From positions 47,554,001 through 47,618,000 of the forward strand of contig CM060731.1 in the NCBI GenBank assembly GCA_030704615.1: a stretch of DNA of 64,000 nt, written 5' to 3'. Both the position numbers and the translations under genes were made by a program. Position 1 is the first letter of the stretch; each line of letters opens with the position of its first letter. Positions 26,341 to 36,980 of this stretch are shown here, one piece after another. The stretch is from Takakia lepidozioides (lineage: Eukaryota; Plantae; Bryophyta). The notes beneath the pieces were generated by a model. It had not been told where the DNA came from, ran no database searches, and saw only the letters and a program-made list of their open reading frames with translations.

Positions 26341-26512
26341 TTAGCTTGAAAGGAGGAAACTTGTCCACAAATCGCAACATAATGTTTCTCCGATGGCTAA
26401 ACACTCCACTCTATGAACGCTGAGCAGATCTATTTTGGAGAACACCATCGTTGACATTATACTCACTTTGAAGTTGCAGTGGGCTGTCAAGCTTCTAAAG
26501 TTCGAGGGGAGG

Positions 26513-26837
26513 TGTTGGAGATGGAGATCCACAGCATGGTCAAGTAGGATTAACTCTTAGATGCTACTCTTAGATGCTACTACTAGGTTTAATATTTAGC
26601 ACGTAAGTTAGCAGATACACAGAGAAGCCACCCTCCGTAGTGGTGAGCCCAGTTAAGCTTAGCGATCTATGATGACCACCACACTTAGTTGCTGCCCCAC
26701 TCTCTGCAGGCTTGACCATCTAAGGGAGAACTTGGACTTCCCTGCAGAGCTGTTTAGAGCTTCAGTATATAGTGGGCTCTTAGAAAGTTGGAAGTCAGAC
26801 CTTTTTACAGTATGCTTTCCTTACCTGATCCACTTTA
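26513..26837 (+). repeat. Copia 3' LTR (325 bp, TG...TA)
   Basis: Preceded by the PPT GAGGGGAGG (26504-26512). It differs from the inverted copy at 27516-27840 by 12 substitutions by my manual count. Confidence 0.96.
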
Positions 26838-27503
26838 GCCAAGAGCTCCGAATACATTGTAAGGATTCTCTTTTTGGTTCACCAAATCCTGCAGCACATG
26901 AGAAGAACCGCTGCAAACAATTGTGCTAGTAGACGGCGAAGTAGCAGGGATATTAATATCCTCCTTAAAATGAACAACATCTTGTTGTGAAGCAGTGGCC
27001 AGAGGAACAATGTTAGAAATAGGACCTACACAGCCATTCTCCAATCGAATGTTGGTGAGGCGGCTCTTGAGCAATAGACGACGTGCTCTGCTTTTCTGCT
27101 CATACAGGTCTTTCAAAGTCTGCCACATGAGCGCTGGATCTGTGATCCCTGCGATGTGTGGAATAATTTCATCTCGCACAGAGAGACTGATTATCGCCAA
27201 TGCTTTCTTCCGCCTACGTTCGTAGTCAGCGGCAGACTCTCCTTCCCTCTCTTGGAATTCTCCCTCGGCATTGGGCTCTAGGATGTCTATCAGTTCATCC
27301 CTTTGTAACAAGCTGGAAACACGGAACTTCCAGGTATTGTAGTTGGAAAGTCCACCTAGCTTTGAGACCTTTGATACACTGCTTTCCCCGTGGGCCATGC
27401 TGACATTCTCACAAATACTACGGAGTTACACTGTTGTTACTGTCACCTAGCAAAAGTGCTATCCGAAGTCCTAATGTTGAGCAAAGGGTCCCACTACTAA
27501 CCT

Positions 27504-27515
27504 GCTCTGATACCA
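27504..27515 (-). promoter_or_regulatory. Primer binding site (tRNA-iMet)
   Basis: TGGTATCAGAGC on the minus strand, adjacent to the 5' LTR. Confidence 0.93.
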
Positions 27516-27840
27516 TAAAGTGGATTAGGTAAGGAAAGCTTACTGTAAAAAGGTCTGACTTCCAACATTCTAAGAGCCCACTATATATTGAAGCTCTAAA
27601 CAACTCTGCAGGGAAGTCCAAGTTCTCCCTTGGATGGTCAAGCTTGCAGAGAGTGGGGCAACAACTAAGTGTGGTGGTCATCATAGATCGCTAAGCTTAA
27701 CTGGGCTCACCACTATGGAGGGTGGCTTCTCTGTGTAACTGCTAACTTACGTGCTAAATATTAAACCTAGTAGTAGCATCTAAGAGTAGCATCTAAGAGT
27801 TAATCCTACATGACCATGTTGTGGATCTCCATCTCCAACA
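27516..27840 (-). repeat. Copia 5' LTR (325 bp, TG...TA)
   Basis: Reverse complement of 26513-26837; followed directly by the PBS. Confidence 0.96.
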
Positions 27841-28759
27841 TTGGCGTGTCTACATCGTCGCATTTTGGTCATAACTTCAATAATCTTACTAACTGCAACA
27901 TCTCTGTGCAAGTTTTGGATCATACTTCTGCTTTGGACTTCTTTAAGAAGATGCAAGAGAAGCTTAATGATTAGCTCTAGACAATAGAACTTGAGCCATT
28001 TTACGAAGAAACATGCGTATATCATATACTCAAGTTGTTTAGCATGATAGATTTGTAGATAGTGTACATAAATTTGATTGATCTGAAAGCAAACAAATGC
28101 TTCACCATTCTTTAGCAAATTTCAGCACACATATTGAATTTGAGGCTGAATTTCCTTGCGATGAATAAAACTTGATTTCTAATTCTTTTGAATTTTTGCG
28201 TCATTTTAGTGTCATGGAATTAAAATTTCAGTTCTAAGAAAATGTAGAAGAAAAGAAATCGTGACGAAAAGAAGTATTTAAGAGAAATATTGAATAGCAG
28301 ACCCTTACAAATTTGTAAGATTACCTGCTAGCCTAGGAGGACCTTACAACCCCCGTAAGGTACCTCCAAAAACAGGAGGAAAGTTCTGGTCGGGAAGGTA
28401 CGAAGGTACCTCCACAAAGGAAAAATTAGGTCAGGTTTTTACGAATCAGGGACTTTTCTTTTTTTCTTTTTATTTCCCAAAAAGGGAAACACCTAGTAGC
28501 GACAACTCACAAATCAGGCCCCATAAAAGTGAATAGGGAGGGTTTTTTAAATTCCCCGGAGATGGCTTCTATCCAAGCCAACAGTGATTATTATGAAATC
28601 AGGGTGTGCTGTTTAATCTCTGGCAAGGTAAATCCTTTTCCTCCTTTTGAGCTCCAGCATTACAATGGTTCACTTATGTGGTTTTTTTCGGCTGCAGTCA
28701 AACTGCTGCAATTCGACCCAGGGAGAGTGGTCTTGGATGAATAAGGGGCATGACCACTT

Positions 28760-29450
28760 CTTCATGTACGGGTCTGATATCTGGAAAAAAACATAGGATC
28801 CAGAGTGGCTGTTGGAAGATCGCTAATAGGATCATCCCAGTTGCTGCTATGTTCTCGCCTTTCCCTAAGAATTTGGAACACTGCCTGTGGATTGCCCCTT
28901 TGCTCGAGTAGTGTGGGGCAAGGCCCTTATCCGAACTCTTTCCTACTCCTCTTCTGCCTTGCTGCTAAATATTAAAGATGGTGCTATCTTCTGCTCCTGC
29001 CTTGTTTGGGATTCACTTAGAGGAATTATTCTGTGGAATATTTGGAAGATGAGATGTGCTGTTCTCTTTCAGAATGTATGCAGAGAGTCATGTATTGGGC
29101 TCACTCAGACCTGGTGTCTGAAGCTCGCAAAGCATGGCTTGTGATTTTGGCAGCTCTTCCCAAGTGCGGCGTCAATTACTTGCTTCCTTTGACAATTCAC
29201 GGGGAAAAGGCAACTTCTTCGCCAGAAGGGTTTCAGACTCTAGAGTTATATGGGAAGACGCTTTCCCTTCCTGCTGGCAACAATAGTAGTTGTATGCCCT
29301 CTCCGCTGGAAGTTGAAGACTCGGAAATCAATTGGAGGCACAAGCGTAGCTATAGGAAGGGTAGATCAAAGGCTCAGCTCACCTTTGACACTCCCAAGTG
29401 CAAAAGGGGGAGTATGTAGCGGGTCTTGGTTCTTCCTATAAGCTAGCTGT
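28760..29450 (+). mobile_element. LINE (L1-like) 3' fragment, zf-RVT region
   Basis: WKIANRIIPV...LEHCL.DCPFARVVW...WDSLRGIILWNIWKMRC. The tail INWRHKRSYRK is shared with 55080-55140. Confidence 0.8.
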
Positions 29451-30849
29451 TGGTTGTTTGCTGGTTGTTAGTTGTTTCTTGGTCAAGGTGAGAACATATA
29501 AGATATTTTTTCTTGCTTGAGCTTGAGATGAGGTTACAACTGTAATTGCATATGATGCTGGCCCTGCGATTGTTGTCTTAGTGTGTGGGAAGATCCGGAG
29601 TATTGTGAAGGTAACTTTTCAGCCTTCTGCACTGCAATGAGGACATCCTCTACCCACACAAATGGGCTGACAGCCTTCTTTGTCACATCTCTGGAGAATC
29701 AGATCATATAGTGGGAGTTTCTGATGTCCCCTGTGTATTTGGTGACAAGACTTGCGCAGAATGTGGAAGTACAAGTTGCATTCCAGATTCACGTGGTATG
29801 CTACTGCTGGCACCCAAGTCACCAGGCAAAAGTATGGACATACTATCGACCACCCATTTTCCTAACGATGCTAAGCATTGGCACATACCATCCGAAATTA
29901 ACTGACACTCCGGAAGGCACACTGGAACGAATCTCAGTATTTCATATGTGTTTGACGAACAGAGTATCAGCTTAGAAGTTACTTCACCGCTCAACCATGC
30001 AAACATATTCACTTCTTGGGTATCTACAAATACACATATCATTGGTTCTCCACACCACATTCTTTTCAAGACATTCATTTCTGAATCAGTTTGAGCTTGT
30101 AGATTCCTCGCTTTGAGCCAGTACATCGTTGGAGAAAGAAATGTTGTTGAACTGTGATTTCATAGTTAGTTTATTTGATGCCGAAGCAGACTCTTTGCTC
30201 TGACATCTTTTTGAATCTTTCACCCACCAGCTTGCGCACTTGTTTGTTAATATGAAGAAAAGTGATTCAGGGGTGCTTTTGTCTTGACCACCCACGCGAT
30301 ATGGCCCATTACCCCAGCATAGCGTTCGGACTCATCCGGAAGAGTTCAGCTTTTTACTAGTGTGTTAAAACGATTCATCCTGGAAGGCCACCCACAAGCA
30401 GTGCTCAGTGTACAGCCTGAACTCTCTTCCAAGCTGGGTGACTGCACAGGGCTCTCTCTGTTGTAGACTTGAACCAAAAAAGGCCTTTGGTTCCGGAACT
30501 CCTGAAGCTCAAACATGCCCAGCTGTCTGGTTTGAGTCCCAGTCACCCAGGCACATGTTCCCTCATGTCTTTCGAGTCTCGACCTCCTTGCCTTTGCCAA
30601 TATGCTCATGGCTTCTCTATGCTCAAGACAGAGAGCGAACAAAGGCAAGCAGGCTTTCATCTGGGTACCCTCGACACCCTATTTCATTCGTTTCTCAATC
30701 TGTCATCCAAGAACCCCGTGGGGTGTCGATGAATGAAATCGACGTAGCCTTTAGGCATGGTCAATGTAACTCATCAGGTGTTGAAGAACATGGTCCGTAG
30801 ACAGCAATTGTAAGTATAGTTGGATAAATAATTTGATATGACCGTTGCT

Positions 30850-31030
30850 TGGCTGTCCAAGCTGGATGGCGCTCTGGCCAGAGCGTGCTGTGGAATCCAT
30901 CAGGGGCTGGGTTCCATCCCGGCGCCTGTAGCACCGTCGGGAGGGCTTGCTAAGCCGACCAGCCTTGGTCCCACGTTCCGGGAGGCTCCACAGGGGCACG
31001 GGCCCCTCCTCTTATATTGTACAATCAATT
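30850..31030 (+). mobile_element. Possible tRNA-derived SINE
   Basis: GC-rich ~180-bp island in AT-rich flanks, with a B-box-like GGGTTCCATCCC (~30909-30920) and a weak A-box-like motif upstream. Confidence 0.35.
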
Positions 31031-31634
31031 TGTTTGCCCAACAGCGCCGCTGAGGCAAACCCTAGGCTTCTCTCAGTCTTGTGCAATTTCTTTGTGAGCA
31101 CCAACTCTGTGTGTACTGAATCCCCACACACTGCGGGAAATGATGGGTCAGTAGTCCTCTACTCAGACGCAAGCGCCTGTCATGGTGTGGCATGGTGAGT
31201 CTTTCTTTACTCTGGCCCTTCAGTGACTTTCCTTGTGAGATCGCTGATCTCACCTCCTTAGTGCGAAGCAGTGGAGTAGCAGGCGAATCTGAAATTGGTC
31301 ATCTGTAAGAAAGGTCTCTACGGATATGGTGTCCTGGCTGGAATAATGATTCCAGAAGCTATCCCAATATGTTACTTGCAACTCAATGTTGCCGAGGTCC
31401 TTCTGCTGTTGTAGAAATGTGGGAAAAGGTTGAAGAGTTCGGTATCCACAATGGGCATTCTGTAATCTGCTGTTTGTCCCATCTAGCAAGATTCATCTGC
31501 CATCAGTAGCAGTTTTTCTTGGTTTAACTTTCCCCAATGAAACATTTCTGGTCCCTTCTTTACTTGAAGACGATAAGGATTTACATCCGAGCACGTTTGA
31601 AAGGTCACACTTTCTTTCATGCACATGGCTTGTT

Positions 31635-32290
31635 TCACCAGTAATCCCCACAAGTACATACCCAATCTTGGAAGTGGTGAAAGAGGTTTGAATCTCGTAC
31701 AACAACAGCTCACCCAACAATCTTTGAGATGAACTTGGTGGCAATGTGACACACATCCGAAGGTTCTTGATAACACGGAGAGGTGTCCCCCGGGGTGTAC
31801 TGATGAGCCCAAAAGCAATGGCCAGCTTCTCACTGTGGCCGAGAGAAAATTCCTTCTGCTCCTCCCCCACATCATGCAATAAAAATCGGGTGTCAGGCAC
31901 ATACCCAGCCTCCTTCATCTGTTCAGACAAAATCTTCAGTTCAGCATGGATTTCCTCAATTTGTGGATGCAACATGTCTTCCACAACAAATGTATGCACC
32001 TGGTTTTCCACCTCAATTTGACAGCAACCTGGCTCCTTTCTGACACCTTTGTTCTTCATCATTTTTCTCACCTTTGCTATATCCTCCCACCTGCACGTTC
32101 GATAGCAACACATATGTTGCAGCATGTTGTGGATCCCTAGTGAGAAGGCTTTTTGCCACCTCCACATTACCATGAATTCTGCATGCACTAAGCAAGTCCC
32201 CCAAGCTGCAAGAGCTGGTTCAATTGGCATTTTGTGAACAAAGTCCTCTGCCTCGTCCAATCGTCCTGCACGGCCAAGAAGGTCGAGCAC
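31635..32290 (-). pseudogene. PLS-class PPR E-DYW domain fragment (RNA editing factor pseudogene)
   Basis: [14 protein letters not shown] box [27 protein letters not shown] and terminal CTCGDYW*. It has frameshifts and a deleted CxxC motif. Confidence 0.93.
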
Positions 32291-34544
32291 GAAAGATTTG
32301 AATCCTGAGATGTTCTGGCGCACTACTCCTGTGTGTACTAGCTCTTTTTTTGGCGAACAATACTGCTCTTGGCATTCAGGTTGTGCACGAAGGGTTGAGT
32401 TTGAAACAAGGAAAATCTGCTAATACCCATGGTGGCCACATGATACCAAAATGGACTAGTCAGGTTTCATCTGAAAAACCATCTGTACGCTTCACTTTTC
32501 ATGCACAGTGCTAGAGCTAAGATTAATCGGATCATAATGTGGTACGATACTCTGCCTTTCAAGAAAGACAGTTGATCAAACACACCCTTTTGTCTGAGAA
32601 TCTCAGTATTTCATATTTGTTTGACAAACAGAGTATCAGCTTAGAAGCTACTTCACTGCTCATCTATGCAAACATATTCACTTCTTGGCCAATATGTACA
32701 GCATGGAACAAAGACATGTTTTTCCTTACTTCTGCACAAAATGAAGACAGTATTTTTCTTTACTTCAACAGTTGAAATGGCCTTGCAGACAGAGCTGGGG
32801 CAGTAGGATGGTCCCTCACCAACTACTCTAATACAACACACTCGCTTGGAGGCCTTTTGTACACACAGCTCCGCTCGAAGAGGCCTGCAGGAATGAAAAG
32901 GAAAAAGGTGACTACACTCGGGTCACCCTCCGAAGTTTGCCTTGATACAAACACCAATGCTGGTCAGAACAGTATCAGACACGAGCTACCAGAAGATCCC
33001 TTGCAAGAAAGGACTAGTACCCATGAAGGCAAACACCGTATGTAGCTCCTTGGAAATTAACCATTACATTCGAATGCAACCATTTGACAAGAACTATTCC
33101 TGAAACCTTCTACCATGCATCCCTTAACACTATTTTCTCTGAGCCCTCCACGGCAGTGATAGAGAGCAAAACAAAGAGCATACCTGCTCCAAGCGTTTGG
33201 CCCTTGTGCAGCATTGTAGCCAAGGGGAAGCTTGCCCGATGAGTAATAGCAGATTTATTTCCTGGTTGAAATCCTAGAAATCTGCCATCCCTTGAAATCA
33301 CTACCTGGAGCACCACGACAAAAAAGGAAATATCAGGTGCCTATTATAACCCTGAAATGCTTTTCCTTAGAGTATCGTAATCTTAGTAAATATCTCAAAA
33401 TATTCAAAGCCTCGGTACAAATACAAATCCCCGATTCCTCTGATACAGAACAAGCATTACAGGATTGTGAAACAAAAATTCATGATGCTTCCTGAGTAGA
33501 GTGCAGTGCCATCCAGCCACTTGCCATTGCAGCAAGCAGCACAATGTTGCTGCCTATTATGAAGAGCTACCATGTGGCAGGGTGCCAATTTTGGTTAGTA
33601 GATATGCTAATATTATGAATTACTCCAAACGGCCCCTGGACATTCTATTCGTTGAGATCAAAACAACTATATTGGAAACATGACAGGTCACTGTGTACCT
33701 GAAAAAGGAGTATGTCTTGCTCTGAAGGAAAATCAGAAGTTTGTGGCAAGGCTGAACTTTCCTTTGCCACTACCTCAATGGGTTTCTCTTCTGCTACAGC
33801 AATAGACGAGTCTTCCCTGTGAGAATGGAACTTCGTTCCTTGTACTCAGGGTAGACGATATCACCTTCCTTGTAAGCTACAGAGGCTTGACTGTGTGTAT
33901 CAGAGACCAGGGAACCCTCCTTGATGTATCCTTCCCACTGCCCTGGTAGGTTTTATTTCTCCCATTGTGTCGAGTTGGTCCCCATCCAGGCACCCTGACC
34001 TGCCTGACTCTCAATATCATATGGCCAATCTAAGGCATCCTTCATCATAGCCACAACAAGTCCACACAATACTTCCATCTCTTTTTGTAGCACCTTTTGA
34101 CCACCATGCGCCTATCACCAAATTCAAGCATTCAAAAGCATCTTCACAACCATGGAACATGTTGTTTCTCTGTAACAGACAAACACCTGGACACTATGAC
34201 TCATAATTGCCTAGCTTTTTGACCCACTCCAGAATATGCCTATGGAACTAGAAAGCTATATCAGCCATGTGCTATTCAGTGGCTTGGTCCATGCTAGCGC
34301 TTAGATGAACACTGGGTCTATACCAGGACTATGAACAGATGATGTGCTAACATCATGAACACCGAGCCAATGGAATCTGGAAGAGTTAATATCCTTCCGC
34401 AGACTCCAATATTAAGCTACAGCATTTCTGAATATAATGTACAATTCCTGTTGTCTCCACACCAGATGGATTTTTCCAGGGTCCCAAATTTCAAAAAAAC
34501 AAAGAGGCTCACTCATATGCAAAGATTGAGAGGAACACACACCG

Positions 34545-35172
34545 TCGATATACAGGCCACAGGCACAGACCCCGACTTGGTCAAAACCAAAATTGTCATT
34601 TCCGCAGCAGCCACAACCCTTGCTCCATCTTTAGAGAGTTCTACTTGAGGTGCTGCTGACACCGCGAAGTCAAGGACCACATCATCATTGGGGTGCTTCT
34701 TGTAGAGCTGCGGTGTAATAAACATCCAGCTAGCAGTGTTCAGCAGGGACTGCTCGGGCAACTTATCCACCAACCACTCCAAGTATCCTGTAGCGAGCAA
34801 CATCCCCTGTACTCTTACTACCAGAACCAGCAAGACCAGACTTTCACTACAAAGGTTGTTGGAATAAAGGAGGCAGGGGGAGTGGGGTGCGCAGGAAGCA
34901 GATAGGTACTGGACTGGGACAGGAAATTACACACACAATGGCCCAAACCGATTGCAAACACAAGGAGAGATATTTACCTCATAATCGACCACAGCTGCTG
35001 AGTTAACATAATCACTGGTGGCAATGGTCACCATCTTCAGTGAGTCACTACAAGATAGCCCTGCTGGCAATCGTTGATCAGGCTGCAGATAGTCCACTGG
35101 ATTCACAAGAGAGACAAATTGGGCCTTTACTCCCACACTCAAGTATGTAGGGCACACCAGAGGATCTTCAAC
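34545..35172 (-). pseudogene. BPI/LBP-family lipid-binding protein fragment (two internal exons with the intron retained)
   Basis: LPAGLSC...MVTIA.SDYV.NSAA, then a GT-AG intron at 34977-34788, then WLVDKLPEQSLLNTASW...PQLYKKHPNDD...VPVACIS. No 5' or 3' exons were found. Confidence 0.8.
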
Positions 35173-35173
35173 A

Positions 35174-35477
35174 ATAGGTGCCTATGAGATAAGAAACGAC
35201 ATAAGAGGACTGTTGGAACCATGGGATCTCCAACATCTCCTTTGTCAAACTGCTACCATATTGCAATCATATATAGAAGTTCCAATTCTGAATTGCATCT
35301 GCTTCTCTCTATAGTCCAACTGTTTCCAGCATAGGTGCCTATGAGATATGAAACGACATAAGAGGACTGTTGGAGCCATGCGATCTCCAACATCTCCTTT
35401 GTCAAACTTCTACCATATTGCAATCATATATAGAAGTTCCAATTCTGAATTACATCTGCTTCTCTCTATAGTCCAAC
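35174..35477. repeat. Tandem duplication, two ~147-bp copies (35174-35320, 35331-35477)
   Basis: Near-identical direct copies starting ATAGGTGCCTATGAGAT. Confidence 0.92.
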
Positions 35478-35479
35478 AG

Positions 35480-35830
35480 GCATTCACATTTTTGTCTCCA
35501 TTGTCCCACCATTGACTGGGGTCGGAAAAGTGTTCATTCCAAAGCTTCTCCTCATCTATGTTATCTGTTTTTGGATACTTTCCTGCTGCCACATCGGCAA
35601 TAACTTGTCAAAGTCACTCCAAACCACCACAGATCCACCCAACGAGCTAACTTACAGAATTCAATATGCATCTCAGGGCCGAGTATGATGAGAGGGCAAA
35701 ACAGGCAGAGAAATAGGTTGAAGAAGGAGGTGCCCTAACCACATTGTCCTGACCTTGTGTCATGACCCATGGAGGATTTGACCGACCATCAACCCAAAAG
35801 GACCTCTTGTGTGTGCTGCTTGTAGTCAGG
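35480..35830 (-). pseudogene. OSB-like (organellar ssDNA-binding, PDF motif) fragment
   Basis: THKRSFWVDGRSNPPWV and EEKLWNEHFSDPSQWWDN.DK match the two halves of the plant PDF repeat. Confidence 0.65.
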
Positions 35831-36980
35831 TAATGTCGGATTGGTCTGTGAGAACTACCACGGTGCAGCTGAGCAGGCAGAGATTGAAACACGGCCTGCT
35901 AAGACCAAGCTGACTTTCCCAACGCGCTGCAAGACGGTTATTTTCGGGCAGTCCGGGCAGGTCCCAAGCAATTTACGACAATGACGTGGCGACAAAACGT
36001 GGCACCGATGACGTGGCTAATATGACGTGGCACTATGGCACCCTATTCCTGCTCTACGCTAAACTAGCTTCCGACCTTCGGTCGTCGCTAGAATAATAAT
36101 AGAAAAGGTGGTAGCTAGCAGTGTCACTGCTGTCAAACGCGGAGTCTTAAATGTCTTTGGGATTGTCTTTTGGCTTTTCCTTCGTTGCGCACATGGCCAT
36201 GGAGTAATGAGGCGCTAGTCTAGTGTCTGTGTGCGAATTCAGGCCCTGACAAATTGCATTGTTTGAGGGCATACATTTACAAAGAACCCCATCATACGTA
36301 AATCTCAACTTAACAAAAAAAGGGTGCTCCTCAGTGCTCACCGTCTCTCTCTCGTCGTCGTCATCATAACTTTTAGCAGACTACTGCATTGACCCTGTCC
36401 GTGGGTGGGTCAGTTCTGGAATCTGGATTGGTGGTATGCTGTGCCTTTTTCGGACAAGGTTTGAGTCCAGAGTGTAACCCTTTCTCCGCTTGGTTGTTTT
36501 GCAGAGTGATGATCATTCTGCAGGCTTTTTGTCAGTGGGTTCAGGAAGGTTTTGGGGGAGCAAATATGTCTTGGCACACTTGACATGAGCTTTCCTTCCG
36601 TCGTTTTAGTGGGTTGGCAGGCTGTCATTGTACCGTGTTTGTCCAGGTACTGTAGGCATTGGGATGTTTAACAGATGCAAGCGCTCTTGAATCTGTCTGA
36701 TGAGGTTTTGAGATTGTGGGAGGCGGGTAGCTAGTTACGCTGGACCTCACCTTGCTTTTTCCCGTTTAATTATTTCCCTGTGTGTGCGCTGGGCATGTTG
36801 GCCTGGCACCTTTTCCTTTGGTTTCTTTTGCGTCCTTCGCAGGGGAGAAACGGCAGGCGGACTGTTGCAGCACTGCATCAATGCGTTCGCTTACCATCCT
36901 TAAACTAATAATGTGGAAGAGATAGAAGGAGCAGCGCAGTGGAATACAGAGGCCGAGTAGTACCCGCACAAGTATCGGAC

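Larger units (their letters stand above)
22621..27840. mobile_element. Ty1/Copia LTR retrotransposon, near full-length but rearranged by two nested inversions (originally minus strand); 5-bp TSD GCCAA
   Basis: 5' LTR, PBS and gag start lie on the minus strand (27840-27033). The rest of gag (CCHC knuckle), PR (WYVDSG), GAG-pre-integrase, INT, RT (YVDD), RNase H, PPT and 3' LTR lie on the plus strand (22621-26837), except 24334-24981 on minus. TSD copies: GCCAA at 26838-26842 and its reverse complement TTGGC at 27841-27845. Confidence 0.96.
21160..27974 (+). pseudogene. DUF3504/Crypton-type tyrosine recombinase gene with introns, disrupted by the Copia insertion and inversion
   Basis: N-part: WAHNAFNCWR...LFIL.VCKRDGSLY.PP. 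Catalytic region: FFIRVGIELR, SKNY, (W)FTKTPVGRKML, NTRRGTGITRM, TG..AKAYAK. GT donors at 21808 and ~22299. The C-terminus is recovered from revcomp(26843-27032) plus 27841-27974 and ends FNNLTNCNISV...KLND*. Confidence 0.8.

Noticed and set aside
26835-27398. 187-aa ORF, and likewise 22553-23359, as novel genes
   Set aside because: Both are in-frame chimeras of Copia gag and recombinase-locus sequence created by the inversion.
26513-27840. DNA transposon or DIRS element with 325-bp terminal inverted repeats
   Set aside because: PPT, PBS, gag continuity and the GCCAA TSD show these are Copia LTRs inverted secondarily.
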